A DNA stretch of 64,000 nucleotides from an uncultured Candidatus Saccharibacteria bacterium (GCA_964399075.1 CAYNPK010000001.1:268400-332399), one strand, 5' to 3'. Positions 22,073 through 32,576 are shown, counted from the first letter of the stretch. The notes: generated by a model not told the origin, from the sequence alone. Translations and numbers: made by a program.

Positions 22073-23132
22073 CGTTAGCGACTTCCATTAACACCACGGC
22101 AATGGGAATAGACAAAATTAAACCCAGGAGGCCAAAGAGTTTAACCCCAGCCAAGAGCGACAAAATAACAATCAAAGGCGGGACGCCAACAATTTTTTTG
22201 ACCACCAGAGGATAAATGAGGTGGTTCTCAAATTGTTGAATAATAATGTATAACCCCACAACCATTAAGCCGAGAGATAAACTATCAGTGAAGCCCAAGA
22301 AGGCGGCCGGTATCGCTGATAAAATCGGACCAAAATAAGGAATAAGCTCAAACAAAGCGGCTAAAATTGCTAAGGATAAAGCGTGATTAACTCCTAAAAT
22401 GGTTAAGCCCAAAAAGACTAGAACTCCAACAATCAAACCAAGCAAGAGTTGCCCTTGGAGCCAGTAACCAATTTTTAGATAAGATCGTCGCCAAAGATCA
22501 AGCACATAAGGCTCATGACGATTAGGGGTAATTAGACGGAGAAAGTTCTCGATGCCCTTATCTTGCACTGCTAAATAAAAAGAAATAACGATGATTAAAA
22601 TAAAGCTGAAGAAGCCACCGAAGACCAAACTAGCAGTTTGGACAAATCCGCGTGGCACACCAGCAAAGCCAGCTTGCAAGGTGCGCAATAGATCACCAGT
22701 AGACAAATCAGTCCCTAGCCCGTCAGCGAAGCGAGCAATAGAACTATCAGCGCCCAAGATTGAAGATAGGTCGCCAATACGTTCAGGCAAGATTACTGAC
22801 AGTTCAGTCACATCGGAAACGATAGGCAAAACTAAGAAAGGCAGGAGGCCGAAAAACAAACCAAAAGTGATCAAATAAATAATTAAAACAGCCAGAACGC
22901 GTGGCAAGTGCAAACGACTTAATTGCTTTGCGGCCGGCTCCAGAGCAGAGGCAATGATGATTGAGACTAACACGATCAAGATTAGATCGCGCAAGAGATA
23001 TAGCGCCCAGGCAATAATCAAGACCACCGCGATCTTGAGAATACTACCGTAAGAAATAGAAGTTGTCATAATGATAATCTTACTACAAACGAAGAATTCG
23101 CTCAAAGGGGGTCGGCGAAGCAACTGGACCAA
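22029..23132 (-). CDS. AI-2E family transporter (PF01594-like permease). Start likely at the internal Met MTTSISYG.
   Basis: Polytopic membrane protein with the …ELIPYFGP… motif. Confidence 0.7.
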   Translation of the reverse strand: MVQLLRRPPLSEFFVCSKIIIMTTSISYGSILKIAVVLIIAWALYLLRDLILIVLVSIIIASALEPAAKQLSRLHLPRVLAVLIIYLITFGLFFGLLPFLVLPIVSDVTELSVILPERIGDLSSILGADSSIARFADGLGTDLSTGDLLRTLQAGFAGVPRGFVQTASLVFGGFFSFILIIVISFYLAVQDKGIENFLRLITPNRHEPYVLDLWRRSYLKIGYWLQGQLLLGLIVGVLVFLGLTILGVNHALSLAILAALFELIPYFGPILSAIPAAFLGFTDSLSLGLMVVGLYIIIQQFENHLIYPLVVKKIVGVPPLIVILSLLAGVKLFGLLGLILSIPIAVVLMEVANDVAKRKSSQHADVG

Positions 23133-24357
23133 TTAAGGCCAGATTGAGACGCTCGTTAAGAAAAAGATCTCTAGCCAATTGCCGAATTTGAGCCGGAGTC
23201 ACCGCTCGCAAGCGTTTAGCAATAGCCTCCGGCGATGACAATTTGCCTCTAACTATTTCCGCCTCACCATAAAAACCGGCCAAACTGCTGGTTTTCTCTA
23301 AACCTAAAAACAAATTGCCAATCAGTGATTCTTTAGCGCGATTTAATTCTGGGAGTGGCACCAATTTAGTTTTTAATTTATCACACTCGCCAAGAATCGC
23401 CTTGACGATTTCTGGCGCGCGAGAGTTATCAGCGCCAACGGCAACTTGCATTACCCCGTGATCAGTGTAAGCATCGTTAGTGGCTCGCACATAATAAGCG
23501 GCCCCCAGCTCTTCGCGAATTCTCACAAACAAACGCGAACTCATGCTCCCACCAAGAACGGCGGTTAACACTTCTAGGATATCATTCTGTGGATGATTAG
23601 CTGGCAAAGCTCGGAAACCTAAAACCAAGTGGGTTTGATCTGATTTTTTGAATTTAACTAAAGTTTGTGGCTTAGTCTGACTCTCGACAACTGCTAACTT
23701 AGATAGCTTGGCTTGTGGTGTTAGGATCTTGAATTGCTGTTTAACCTTATTGAGCACTGTAGCTTCTAACAAAGGTCCGGCAACAACCACCACTGTAGCA
23801 CCAGCAACATAATGCTCGTTGCGATAAGCCAAAAAATCTTCACGCGTCAGAGAGCGAATAATATCTTTAGTGCCAATCACATCCCAACCAGCCGGCTGAT
23901 CACCATAGAGCAAAGAGAGGAAAATATTTTGGACCTGGCGTTGAGGCATATCTTCATACATATTAATTTCTTCAATGATCACCCCTCGTTCTTTGTCAAG
24001 CTCCGCAAGAGGAATAGTCGAATTAAGATACATATCAGCCAAGAGATCCAAGGCCTGATCAAACAACCGGGGCTGAACACTGGCGTAATAACCAGTATAT
24101 TCTTGAGAAGTAAAGGCGTTAAACTGCGCGCCAAGACTATCGAAGCCGGCGCTAATTAATTGTGGCTTAGGACGCTTCTTTGTACCCTTAAAACACAGGT
24201 GTTCTAAAAAGTGTGAGATGCCATTCTGGTCTTTAAGCTCATATTTAGAACCCGTTTCAGCTAGAATTAAAATATTAGTTGCGAGAGCTTCTGGTCGCGG
24301 AACCAGAATAACTCGGACACCATTAGCTAAAGCGTGCTTAGAAAATTTATTTGCCAT
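23083..24357 (-). CDS. M16 family zinc metallopeptidase (insulinase-like)
   Basis: Inverted zinc motif HFLEHLCFKGT (HxxEH). Confidence 0.8.
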   Translation of the reverse strand: MANKFSKHALANGVRVILVPRPEALATNILILAETGSKYELKDQNGISHFLEHLCFKGTKKRPKPQLISAGFDSLGAQFNAFTSQEYTGYYASVQPRLFDQALDLLADMYLNSTIPLAELDKERGVIIEEINMYEDMPQRQVQNIFLSLLYGDQPAGWDVIGTKDIIRSLTREDFLAYRNEHYVAGATVVVVAGPLLEATVLNKVKQQFKILTPQAKLSKLAVVESQTKPQTLVKFKKSDQTHLVLGFRALPANHPQNDILEVLTAVLGGSMSSRLFVRIREELGAAYYVRATNDAYTDHGVMQVAVGADNSRAPEIVKAILGECDKLKTKLVPLPELNRAKESLIGNLFLGLEKTSSLAGFYGEAEIVRGKLSSPEAIAKRLRAVTPAQIRQLARDLFLNERLNLALIGPVASPTPFERILRL

Positions 24358-25579
24358 CTGACAATGCTAGCACAAAATCGGAATTGATGACCACTCGCTC
24401 CTGCTTACCACTATCTCGGTCGCGGAGAGTAACGGTATTGTCAGCTAGGGTTTGAAAATCGATTGTTAAACAAGCGGGAGTGCCAATTTCATCTTGGCGA
24501 CGATAACGTTTACCAATATTGCCATTGTCATCAAAGCAAACATTAGGAATTACAGACTTAATTTGACTATAAATTTCGCGGGCTTTGTTGACTAAATCGG
24601 ACTTGTTCTTGAGTAAGGGGAAAACAGCAACCCTAATTGGCGCCAGCGCCTTAGGTAGTTTAAGAAAGGTTCTAGTCTCTCCCCCTAAATCATCCTCCGC
24701 ATAAGCGCTAACCAAAATTGCCAGAACTGTCCTATCCACTCCGAGCGATGGCTCGATCACGTGTGGCAAAAATCTATCCTTGCTTGCTTCGTCATAGTAA
24801 GTTAAATCTTGTTTACTGTGTGTTTGATGTTGTCGCAAATCATAATCAGTTCGGTAAGCCAAGCCATAGAGTTCCTTCCGGCCAAAAGGAAAATCAAACT
24901 CAAAATCAATAGTCCGATCAGAATAATGAGCTCGTTCGCCATCAGGCACTTCCAACTCATGAACCTGATCGTGGCTCAAACCAATAACTTCCATCCAGCG
25001 CCACATCGCCTGGCGCCACTCCTCAAAGTACTTTTCCCAATCAGCTGGCTTAATAAAATATTCAACTTCCATTTGCTCAAATTCGCGAGAACGAAAAATA
25101 AAATCCCGTGGTGAAATCTCGTTACGGAAAGCTTTGCCAATTTGAGCAATCCCGAACGGCAACTTAGGATGTTCAGAATCAACTACATTTTTAAAATTAA
25201 CAAAAATACCCTGGGCGGTTTCCGGTCTAAGATAAGAAACCTGTGGTTCTAGAGCACCAACTTGAGTTTGGAACATGACGTTAAAAGGCTTACCAGAATC
25301 TAGCGGATCAGTGAAAGTATCAACATGGCCGGAAGCCTGCCAAACCCTCTGATTCATGATGATCGCTGCGTCGAGACCGTACATATCATCACGATCTTGG
25401 ACAAACATCCGCCACCACAAATTCTTAAGGTTATTTTTAAGCGCAACACCAAGAGGACCATAATCCCAAGTACCAGCCAAACCGCCGTAGATATCCGATC
25501 CAGAATAAATAAAACCTCGTCGCTTGGCGAGAGAGATTATTTTGTCCATTATTAAATTGTTGATTTTATTGGATGACAA
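24347..25579 (-). CDS. glyQS: Glycyl-tRNA synthetase, alpha2 (class II) type
   Basis: …RRGFIYSGSDIYGGLAGTWDYGPLGVALKNNL…. Confidence 0.85.
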   Translation of the reverse strand: MSSNKINNLIMDKIISLAKRRGFIYSGSDIYGGLAGTWDYGPLGVALKNNLKNLWWRMFVQDRDDMYGLDAAIIMNQRVWQASGHVDTFTDPLDSGKPFNVMFQTQVGALEPQVSYLRPETAQGIFVNFKNVVDSEHPKLPFGIAQIGKAFRNEISPRDFIFRSREFEQMEVEYFIKPADWEKYFEEWRQAMWRWMEVIGLSHDQVHELEVPDGERAHYSDRTIDFEFDFPFGRKELYGLAYRTDYDLRQHQTHSKQDLTYYDEASKDRFLPHVIEPSLGVDRTVLAILVSAYAEDDLGGETRTFLKLPKALAPIRVAVFPLLKNKSDLVNKAREIYSQIKSVIPNVCFDDNGNIGKRYRRQDEIGTPACLTIDFQTLADNTVTLRDRDSGKQERVVINSDFVLALSDGK

Positions 25580-27473
25580 GGTCTTGATTAATTTGGAACT
25601 GTGGATCAGCTGTTAAATTAGTATCCAAAGATCGTCGGAGTTCACCAAGAATAGTCTGACGAGTAAAGGTATCCAACCCAGAATAACGAACTGGGCCAAT
25701 TAGCACTGGCGCTTCGCCGACCTGACTGGCGCTCGGTGAAAATTCAATCTGGAAAGCCACCTCGCGCGGAGCAGAATTCAATCCGATACCAGCGCGAACA
25801 TTACCCAGGGTCCACACCACTTCTCCGCCACCACCAGCCGCCTCTTTAAACGAGATATTCTCATTGCTGGGTGTAGAATATCCGGACCATTTGACGTAAG
25901 ACGGGAGGACGGCTGACACCGAGACGTCCTGTAGGTCATTAGAAGAATTAATGAGCGACCAGACGATAGTGTAACTGGTGGTTTGACCAACCTGCGGTGG
26001 CAATCGACCGCGATTTTCTAGGGGTCCGGTAAAGTGTAAAGCTTTAGCGGCTAATTGTAAAACCGAATTGACTAATACTTTCTGACCTAATTTAGTTTCA
26101 ACCACTTCGATATCACCCTTATCGTCAACTCGCTTACCACGAAAGATCGCTTCGATAAGGATTTCGGGATTTTTAATTTGATAGTTATTACCAGAAATCA
26201 AAGACAAGGTAGTGAAAGAATAAGCCAAACTACCCGACTCATCAGGGGCAATTCGCGCCAATTCTGGAACATTAGTCTGGTTCCAAACAACAGTGCTATC
26301 TTGCGAACGATAAAACCCGCGATGAGATAGAACCGAGGCTGGATCCAAAATTTCACCACTAATCTTTAACAATACCTCACCGTCAGTTAGAGGCGTGGTT
26401 AAATTATTATGCCAAGTTAACTCACCTCTTAGACTTTCTCGACTGTTAATACTTATTTCAGAAGCTGAAGAGGTGTTAAGAAGGGAAGCAAGATCAACAA
26501 AGGCTCGTCTAATCGCAACAATCCGGTTAACAGAATCATAAACAACCGCTAACTCATCGCCAGTAGAATTGGGAATGCCAGCTGACACTTGGAAAGATCT
26601 CTGATCTTGATCCTGCCCGGACAAAACCCCCGCAATAGATAGGGAAACCTTAGCCCCAGGCTTCACAACAGGTAAACGCCAAAAGGCATCACCACGAGAT
26701 GGTGAGGGGTAAGCGCTCCTGAAGCTGAATCCCGGCGGATAATCAACCATAACCAATAAGTCAGCCAAATCAGAAGAGGCGCTGGAAGTAAGAGAGATGT
26801 CTAAATTAACTTCCTGGTTAGAATTAACTTCGCTAGGGACGGAAATTTGAAGAGCTAAAGGCGAAGCGCTGACTTTAACTAAGTGGGTTATGGTTGTATC
26901 TAAGATCGCATTAGAATTAGGTAAGCGATATTCTGTTGAGATCTTAACCGGCAAAGTGCTGTCTTGCTGACCGAAAACGATCGCCTTGATTGACTGATTG
27001 TATTGTTCGCCGGGACTAAGATTGCCGAGAGGGAAACGCTCGCGAGTCAAATCTTGAGCAGGAATTTCTGCTGACTTAACTCCTGGCGGATACTCAATAA
27101 TTAAATCAACAAATTCTAGATCGCTATTATTTTGATTAGTAATCGTGACGAGAAGATTTATTTGTTCACCAGAACGAACAGAAGGTGGGCCATCAACTTT
27201 GACAAGAACCTTAGACGACGAGACCACATTACCGCCACGCCAAAATACGGCAAAAGCTAAACCACCCATGATCAAAAAAAATAATAAAGCAACAATTAAT
27301 AATTTCTTTAACAAAGCGGTAGACAAAAATGGGTCAGAAACAGCCTCTTTCCAACCCTTCGGATCGTCATGAGAAATCTGCTCCAGAGGAGAACGGCGAA
27401 CTGGCCTGATCTTGAAAGATCGGCTCTCTAATTGTCGTTTCAGATCGGCAATACTATCATGTTCACTGGGCAT
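25566..27473 (-). CDS. Hypothetical large membrane-anchored protein with a cytoplasmic N-terminus, one TM and repeated beta-sandwich-like extracellular domains
   Basis: TM LLIVALLFFLIMGGLAFAVFW. No catalytic motifs recognised. Confidence 0.4.
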   Translation of the reverse strand: MPSEHDSIADLKRQLESRSFKIRPVRRSPLEQISHDDPKGWKEAVSDPFLSTALLKKLLIVALLFFLIMGGLAFAVFWRGGNVVSSSKVLVKVDGPPSVRSGEQINLLVTITNQNNSDLEFVDLIIEYPPGVKSAEIPAQDLTRERFPLGNLSPGEQYNQSIKAIVFGQQDSTLPVKISTEYRLPNSNAILDTTITHLVKVSASPLALQISVPSEVNSNQEVNLDISLTSSASSDLADLLVMVDYPPGFSFRSAYPSPSRGDAFWRLPVVKPGAKVSLSIAGVLSGQDQDQRSFQVSAGIPNSTGDELAVVYDSVNRIVAIRRAFVDLASLLNTSSASEISINSRESLRGELTWHNNLTTPLTDGEVLLKISGEILDPASVLSHRGFYRSQDSTVVWNQTNVPELARIAPDESGSLAYSFTTLSLISGNNYQIKNPEILIEAIFRGKRVDDKGDIEVVETKLGQKVLVNSVLQLAAKALHFTGPLENRGRLPPQVGQTTSYTIVWSLINSSNDLQDVSVSAVLPSYVKWSGYSTPSNENISFKEAAGGGGEVVWTLGNVRAGIGLNSAPREVAFQIEFSPSASQVGEAPVLIGPVRYSGLDTFTRQTILGELRRSLDTNLTADPQFQINQDLVIQ

Positions 27474-27513
27474 AATTTAATTTGTTTATTATAACACGAG
27501 ATATCAAAATCGC

Positions 27514-28104
27514 TTATAGATGACTGTGTTTGATAGCCTGATTAATAACCTGCACCATAATTTGCCTAGTTTTAGTATCTAAAACTAAAGAGGATTCTGG
27601 CCAATTCCACCCATCTAAAAAAGGCTGGATTAGAGCTTGGGATTTAATATAACCAAGCCTATCAAGCAAGCGCAAAACCATGATGAGCTCGAAGGACTGC
27701 AATTCGATGTGATTAAGATCCGCACGATTAAGAAACAAGAGGTCATCTCGTGTTTGGAAAAAGAGAGTTTGATTTTCTTCCGCTTCCGGAACCAGGCGCA
27801 ATAACAAACTCTTAACTCTTGTGGTCAAATAATGTTTATCCAGCTCGTGACGCAAGATTTCCAAATCTAAACGAGACTCCGCATTAACAATCCGCCAAAA
27901 TTCTCTCCCCTTCACCAGAGAAATCTTGAGGACAGACAAATTTTGCAGATTATAACGTAACTTTGACTTGAGATAGCGCACTCCTTGAGCTAGGGCAGTA
28001 ATCAAACCGAAATCGGGAGTTAGTAAATAAAACAAACGATTAGCCTCACCCAGTGAACGACCGGAGAGAATTATGGCCTCGGTAGTATATATTTTATGAG
28101 ACAT
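27514..28104 (-). CDS. recO: DNA repair protein RecO-like, short form
   Basis: N-terminal OB-fold pattern …EAIILSGRSLGEANRLFYLLTPDFGLITALAQGVRY…. Confidence 0.55.
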   Translation of the reverse strand: MSHKIYTTEAIILSGRSLGEANRLFYLLTPDFGLITALAQGVRYLKSKLRYNLQNLSVLKISLVKGREFWRIVNAESRLDLEILRHELDKHYLTTRVKSLLLRLVPEAEENQTLFFQTRDDLLFLNRADLNHIELQSFELIMVLRLLDRLGYIKSQALIQPFLDGWNWPESSLVLDTKTRQIMVQVINQAIKHSHL

Positions 28105-28107
28105 TAC

Positions 28108-31100
28108 TTAAACAAAAGTAAACTCTTTAGCATTAACAGCAAGCTTGAGAACATCAGCATGTTTAAGCACCAAATCTCGCCGAGCAAGCGACACAGGCAT
28201 AATAGCTAACTCTCCGGGCTTAAGACCTGATTTCTTGCGCCAATCTTGCAATTTGCGAATCAAATCACGCAACTCCCCCTCTTCTTTAAGTTCCGGAGTA
28301 AGTTCAAGATCTAACTCCACCTCGCTTACTAATTCTGGATCAGAAGAGATCTCTTTAACATTTACCTCATCTTTGATTAAGTCTAACAATTGACTATTAT
28401 TCTTAATTTCTAGCGACATCTTTTTAATTTTAAGCCTGGCTAAAGGCTGACGGACTTTAATCCCCGCCTTAGCTCGCGCCTCCAAACCCAAGGAGACAAT
28501 CCGCCTGACCTCAATCATATCTTCAAGCAACCCTTGATCGACAAGATCAACTACTCTAGGCCAAGAATCCAAATGAACGCTTTCTTGATCACCCTCGAGT
28601 TGACGATAGATTTCTTCAGCAACAAAGGGAGTAAACGGCGCCAAAACTCTAGCTAAGATATTAAACACCTGCGCCAAAGTCGCCGAAGCGTTGACTCTTT
28701 CTTCTTTTGCCTCTGGCTTAAAGCGGTCACGAGAACGACGAACATACCAGACTGAAAGATCTTCAATAAAAATATTAATCACCCGCAAGGCCTGATCAAG
28801 TTCATATCTATCCATCGCTTCAGTAACTTCGCCAACTAACTGATTTAAGCGAGCGATAATCCAACGATCTAAGACATGACGGCTAATTATTTTTTTAGCT
28901 ACTGATTGTTCAACATCAGCATAAGTTTGATAAAACAACCAAACATTATCTAAACGATTAATTACCTTGCGGTAAATCTCACCCACTCCTAATTCAGAAA
29001 AGCAGGCATCTTCCGCCTTCAAGAGAGGTGAACTTAGTAAATAAAATCGCAAAGCATCTGCACCGTATTGATTAAGGATCAAGAGCGGGTCAGGAAAATT
29101 ACCTTTGGATTTAGACATCTTCTGACCATCAGAGGCCAAAACACTGCCGGTAGTAACCACATTTTTAAAAGGAATTTTGTTAAATAAAATAGTCGCCACT
29201 ACGTGCATGTAGTAAAACCAAGTCCGAGTTTGAGCAATATATTCTGAGACAAAATCAGCCGGCACGCGACGTCTAGTCTGTTCTTCCCGCTCGAAGGGAT
29301 AATGTTCGGCCGCAAAAGGCATGGAACCAGACTCAAACCAGCAGTCAACCACCTCCGGAATACGAGACATTAGGCCACCACAGTTGCAAGTTAATTTGAT
29401 TTTATCAATATACGGCCGATGAAAATCCAATTCATAATCATGATTGTGAGGCAGAGGTTTGTAAGAGAAATCTTTAACCTCGCCAGTTAACAAGAAATCG
29501 TCGTGAGTTTCTTTAAAATTAGAAGCTTCCGTCACACCCAAACCCAAGGCGCCGGCAAACAGCATGGTAATCGGAGTCTCGTGAGAAATCAATAAAATAT
29601 TTTTGCCTTGATAGCGACCTTCTAGATCATCAATCAAATTCATCATCCGACGCTTGACCGTCATTAGATCTTCGCCATTCGGACAGCCCTTGGTGAACTT
29701 ATCAATCGGGTTAGAAAAATGATGATAATACTCCGCTACCGGTCGACCGTTGAAGTCGCCGAAGTCAACCTCACGCAAACGCTTATCGTAAATTACTGAA
29801 GCAGTAGGCAGAGACAGTTCTCGAGCAATCAGCTCGGTAGTCTCTCTCGTGCGGACAAAGTCTGAAGAAATAATTAAATCAATCTTAGCCTTTTCCAACT
29901 TAGACAACACAGCCTTAATTTGTTCTCGACCCTTATCCGTCAAGTGGTGAGGATTATCGACACGACTACTGACAATATCTTGCACGTTATGATCGGCTTC
30001 GCCATGACGCATTGCCAAATATTTATTACCAGCGCTAATCGCCTCTTCTTGGAGCTCTACTAGGGAGCTAATCACTTTAACAAACTGACACTGATCACAC
30101 TTCCAAATCGGCAAGGGTGTGGCCCAAAATCGATTACGAGAAATATTCCAATCTGGCGCCCCTGCCATACTCTTGGCAAAGCGACCAAACTTAAGATGTT
30201 CTGGAATCCAATTAATTTCCTGATTCAATTCTCGTAAACGAGGCTTAAGATCCTGAATTTTAATAAACCAAGATGGCACAGCGTAATAATAAAGCGGGGT
30301 CTCGCAACGATAACAATGCGGATAAGAGTGAACAATTTTTTGCTTATCGAATAAAATATCACGCTTGGCTAAAAATTTAATAATCTCAATATCCGTCACT
30401 TGATGATTGTCCTTAGGCTTAACTAGTTGACCGGCAAAATCTTTAACTTCCAGCTGGAAACGCCCGGTATGATCAACATGGACAACAATAGGCAAATTTT
30501 CCTTCTTAGCCAGCGCCATGTCGTCCTCACCAAAAGCCGGAGCGATGTGGACAATGCCGGTACCATCAACAGTATTAACAAAATCAGCGCCACAAACTCG
30601 ACCTTCAGTTAGATAATAAGCAAAAGGCGGTTTATATTTTTTACCAATTAAATCTCGCCCTAAAAATTCTTCCTCAATAGAATAATCTGATTTAATAGAA
30701 GCCAGGAGACGATCTTTAGCCAAGATAAAATATTCTTGGCCAATTTTAACTTTCACATAAGAAATCTGCGGACCAACAGCAACCGCCGTATTGCCTGGCA
30801 AAGTCCAAGGCGTTGTTGTCCACACCAGAAGATAAGTACCCGGCTCGTCAAGCAATTCAAATTTAACAAAAACAGAGATATCAGAAATGTCTTTGTAACT
30901 ATTATCCATCGCGATTTCCGCATTAGCCAAGGGCGTCTCGCAACGAGGACAATAGGGCAAAACTCTAGTGCCTTCGTATAATAAACCCAACTTATTCATC
31001 TCGCTCAAAGCCCACCACACTGACTCGATATAAGTGTTATCCATCGTCTTATAAGAACCAGCGAAGTCAACCCAACGTCCCATGCGCTCTATCACCTTCT

Positions 31101-31548
31101 GCCAATCTGCGACATAAGTGAGAACTTTGTCTCTAGCAGTTTGATTAAATTTATCAATCCCCAATTCTTCAATCTGCTTTTTGCCAGAAATCTTTAATTC
31201 CTTTTCCACGATATTCTCTACTGGCAAACCATGACAATCCCAGCCCCAACGACGCGCCACCCTCTTCCCTCGCATTGTTTGATAGCGGGGAATCACGTCT
31301 TTAATCGCGCTCGCCAAGATGTGGCCATAATGTGGTGTACCGGTAGCAAAAGGCGGTCCGTCGTAGAAGACAAATTCCTCGTCACTGACATTTTTAGCCA
31401 ATGACTTTTCAAAAATTTGCTGTTCTTGCCAAAACTTAAGAATTCTCTCTTCTCGCTTGGCCACTTCTGATTTTTCCGGCAAATTATTCGCCATAATTAA
31501 GTCTATCCTAGCATTTTTTGGCCAGAAAAAAAGCCCGCCGGAATACAC
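28108..31548 (-). CDS. ileS: Isoleucyl-tRNA synthetase carrying an about 195-aa histidine-phosphatase (PGAM-like) domain insertion. Likely true start at the internal Met MANNLPEK (31494).
   Basis: HIGH region PHYGHILAS and KMSKSKGN. Editing-domain blocks. The insertion …LAMRHGEADHN…LLISHETPI… lies between the KCDQC and CNCGG zinc-knuckle halves (about 29461..30048). Confidence 0.9.
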   Translation of the reverse strand: MYSGGLFFWPKNARIDLIMANNLPEKSEVAKREERILKFWQEQQIFEKSLAKNVSDEEFVFYDGPPFATGTPHYGHILASAIKDVIPRYQTMRGKRVARRWGWDCHGLPVENIVEKELKISGKKQIEELGIDKFNQTARDKVLTYVADWQKVIERMGRWVDFAGSYKTMDNTYIESVWWALSEMNKLGLLYEGTRVLPYCPRCETPLANAEIAMDNSYKDISDISVFVKFELLDEPGTYLLVWTTTPWTLPGNTAVAVGPQISYVKVKIGQEYFILAKDRLLASIKSDYSIEEEFLGRDLIGKKYKPPFAYYLTEGRVCGADFVNTVDGTGIVHIAPAFGEDDMALAKKENLPIVVHVDHTGRFQLEVKDFAGQLVKPKDNHQVTDIEIIKFLAKRDILFDKQKIVHSYPHCYRCETPLYYYAVPSWFIKIQDLKPRLRELNQEINWIPEHLKFGRFAKSMAGAPDWNISRNRFWATPLPIWKCDQCQFVKVISSLVELQEEAISAGNKYLAMRHGEADHNVQDIVSSRVDNPHHLTDKGREQIKAVLSKLEKAKIDLIISSDFVRTRETTELIARELSLPTASVIYDKRLREVDFGDFNGRPVAEYYHHFSNPIDKFTKGCPNGEDLMTVKRRMMNLIDDLEGRYQGKNILLISHETPITMLFAGALGLGVTEASNFKETHDDFLLTGEVKDFSYKPLPHNHDYELDFHRPYIDKIKLTCNCGGLMSRIPEVVDCWFESGSMPFAAEHYPFEREEQTRRRVPADFVSEYIAQTRTWFYYMHVVATILFNKIPFKNVVTTGSVLASDGQKMSKSKGNFPDPLLILNQYGADALRFYLLSSPLLKAEDACFSELGVGEIYRKVINRLDNVWLFYQTYADVEQSVAKKIISRHVLDRWIIARLNQLVGEVTEAMDRYELDQALRVINIFIEDLSVWYVRRSRDRFKPEAKEERVNASATLAQVFNILARVLAPFTPFVAEEIYRQLEGDQESVHLDSWPRVVDLVDQGLLEDMIEVRRIVSLGLEARAKAGIKVRQPLARLKIKKMSLEIKNNSQLLDLIKDEVNVKEISSDPELVSEVELDLELTPELKEEGELRDLIRKLQDWRKKSGLKPGELAIMPVSLARRDLVLKHADVLKLAVNAKEFTFV

Positions 31549-31590
31549 ATCCCGACGGGCCTGGGTCCGAAGACCCGAATGGAGGCCAAA

Positions 31591-31884
31591 TCACTTTTTC
31601 CTCCTCCGCCTCACTGTCTTGGTTGTCTGCAGTTCTCTGCGCGTCCTCTCGGGCCAGGGCTTAGGTGGTGACGACCCAAAACAAAATTCAATATCCGAGA
31701 GCCCCAGCTGTCTTTTCAAATCCTCCATTTGCTTGGCTCTAGCTTCAGCGGCGCAGACGGGACAGATACAAACAGAGCCACCAAGGACCGGGTTCTCCGG
31801 AGTGGATCCGCGAGCCGGTTCTGCGCCGAGGCAACGACTGTGTTCATTTCGGATACAGTTGTAACAAACTCTTAGAACCACCAT
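31591..31884 (-). CDS. Small zinc-ribbon protein with a highly basic C-terminal tail, GC-rich
   Basis: CYNC…CICPVC is a four-Cys ribbon. Ends RRRRKK. Strong RBS GGAGG 7 nt upstream of ATG. Confidence 0.5.
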   Translation of the reverse strand: MVVLRVCYNCIRNEHSRCLGAEPARGSTPENPVLGGSVCICPVCAAEARAKQMEDLKRQLGLSDIEFCFGSSPPKPWPERTRRELQTTKTVRRRRKK

Positions 31885-31944
31885 GATTGATCCTCCATTA
31901 TCACAACAAGGTTCATTTCTATTTTCAGATTACCGCAAAATCAT

Positions 31945-31985
31945 CAATAAAACAAGAAGAAAACCCCGGGCAAAATGACGCTCGG
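31945..31985 (-). terminator. Hairpin terminator downstream of DGR target 2
   Basis: AAACCCCG-(14 nt)-CGGGGTTT, then a T-rich run on the minus strand. Confidence 0.55.
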
Positions 31986-32038
31986 GGTTTCAAAAAACCT
32001 AAGGTTCTAAAAGTTTTAATGACCAAAGTTTCGAAGCG

Positions 32039-32486
32039 CTACTTGATGCGACGGCCAGCGAACCACCAGTCGCCATTCCAGCCATTGTCGCAGCAGTTGA
32101 CGTACACGTCGCGCTCGTCGTTCCAGTGGTTGAAGGCGATGTAGCACCATTCACCGCTTTCGTCCTTCCAGTGAGTGAAGTTGGGATACTGGTTGGCAAA
32201 ATCCGGGTCGGCCTCGTTCACCGCCGCCAGATCGTCGGGAAAGGCGGGGGCGAGACCCTGCAGTTCGCACTCATTCTCCAGATCGGCATCGGTCACGTAG
32301 CGGAAGAGGGGGGAAGAAAATGACCTCTGACTCTTCTCCAATACCACGGGGCATTTTAGCCACTACTTCGGGCTCGATGTACTGAACTCGACGAGTGGCA
32401 TCGAGTACCCCCTGGGAAGTGAGAGTGCGGTTGACTGGGACTCCCGAAACAACAACTAGACCGTTTCGTAGTTCCTGGATAATCAC
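32039..32486 (-). pseudogene. DGR target gene 2, a truncated paralog of target 1 carrying VR2. Interrupted by a +1 frameshift at a C6 tract (32308..32313). Putative GTG start after an AAAGGAGAG RBS.
   Basis: Two overlapping ORFs (32271..32549 and 32039..32347) together reproduce the target-1 C-terminal two-thirds. A tract one C shorter would fuse them in frame. Confidence 0.6.
32045..32138 (-). repeat. DGR variable repeat VR2, remote from the cassette
   Basis: 94-bp match to TR with 7-8 mismatches, all at TR adenines on the coding strand. The 3' block GGTTCGCTGGCCGTCGCA is identical. Confidence 0.8.
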
Positions 32487-32576
32487 AACACTCTCCTTTC
32501 GTTTTCTGGTTGTTTTCAGTTCCTGCGGGTTGGCACAAACCACACCCAAATCAAAGAACTCTGTTATCTGTTTAGT

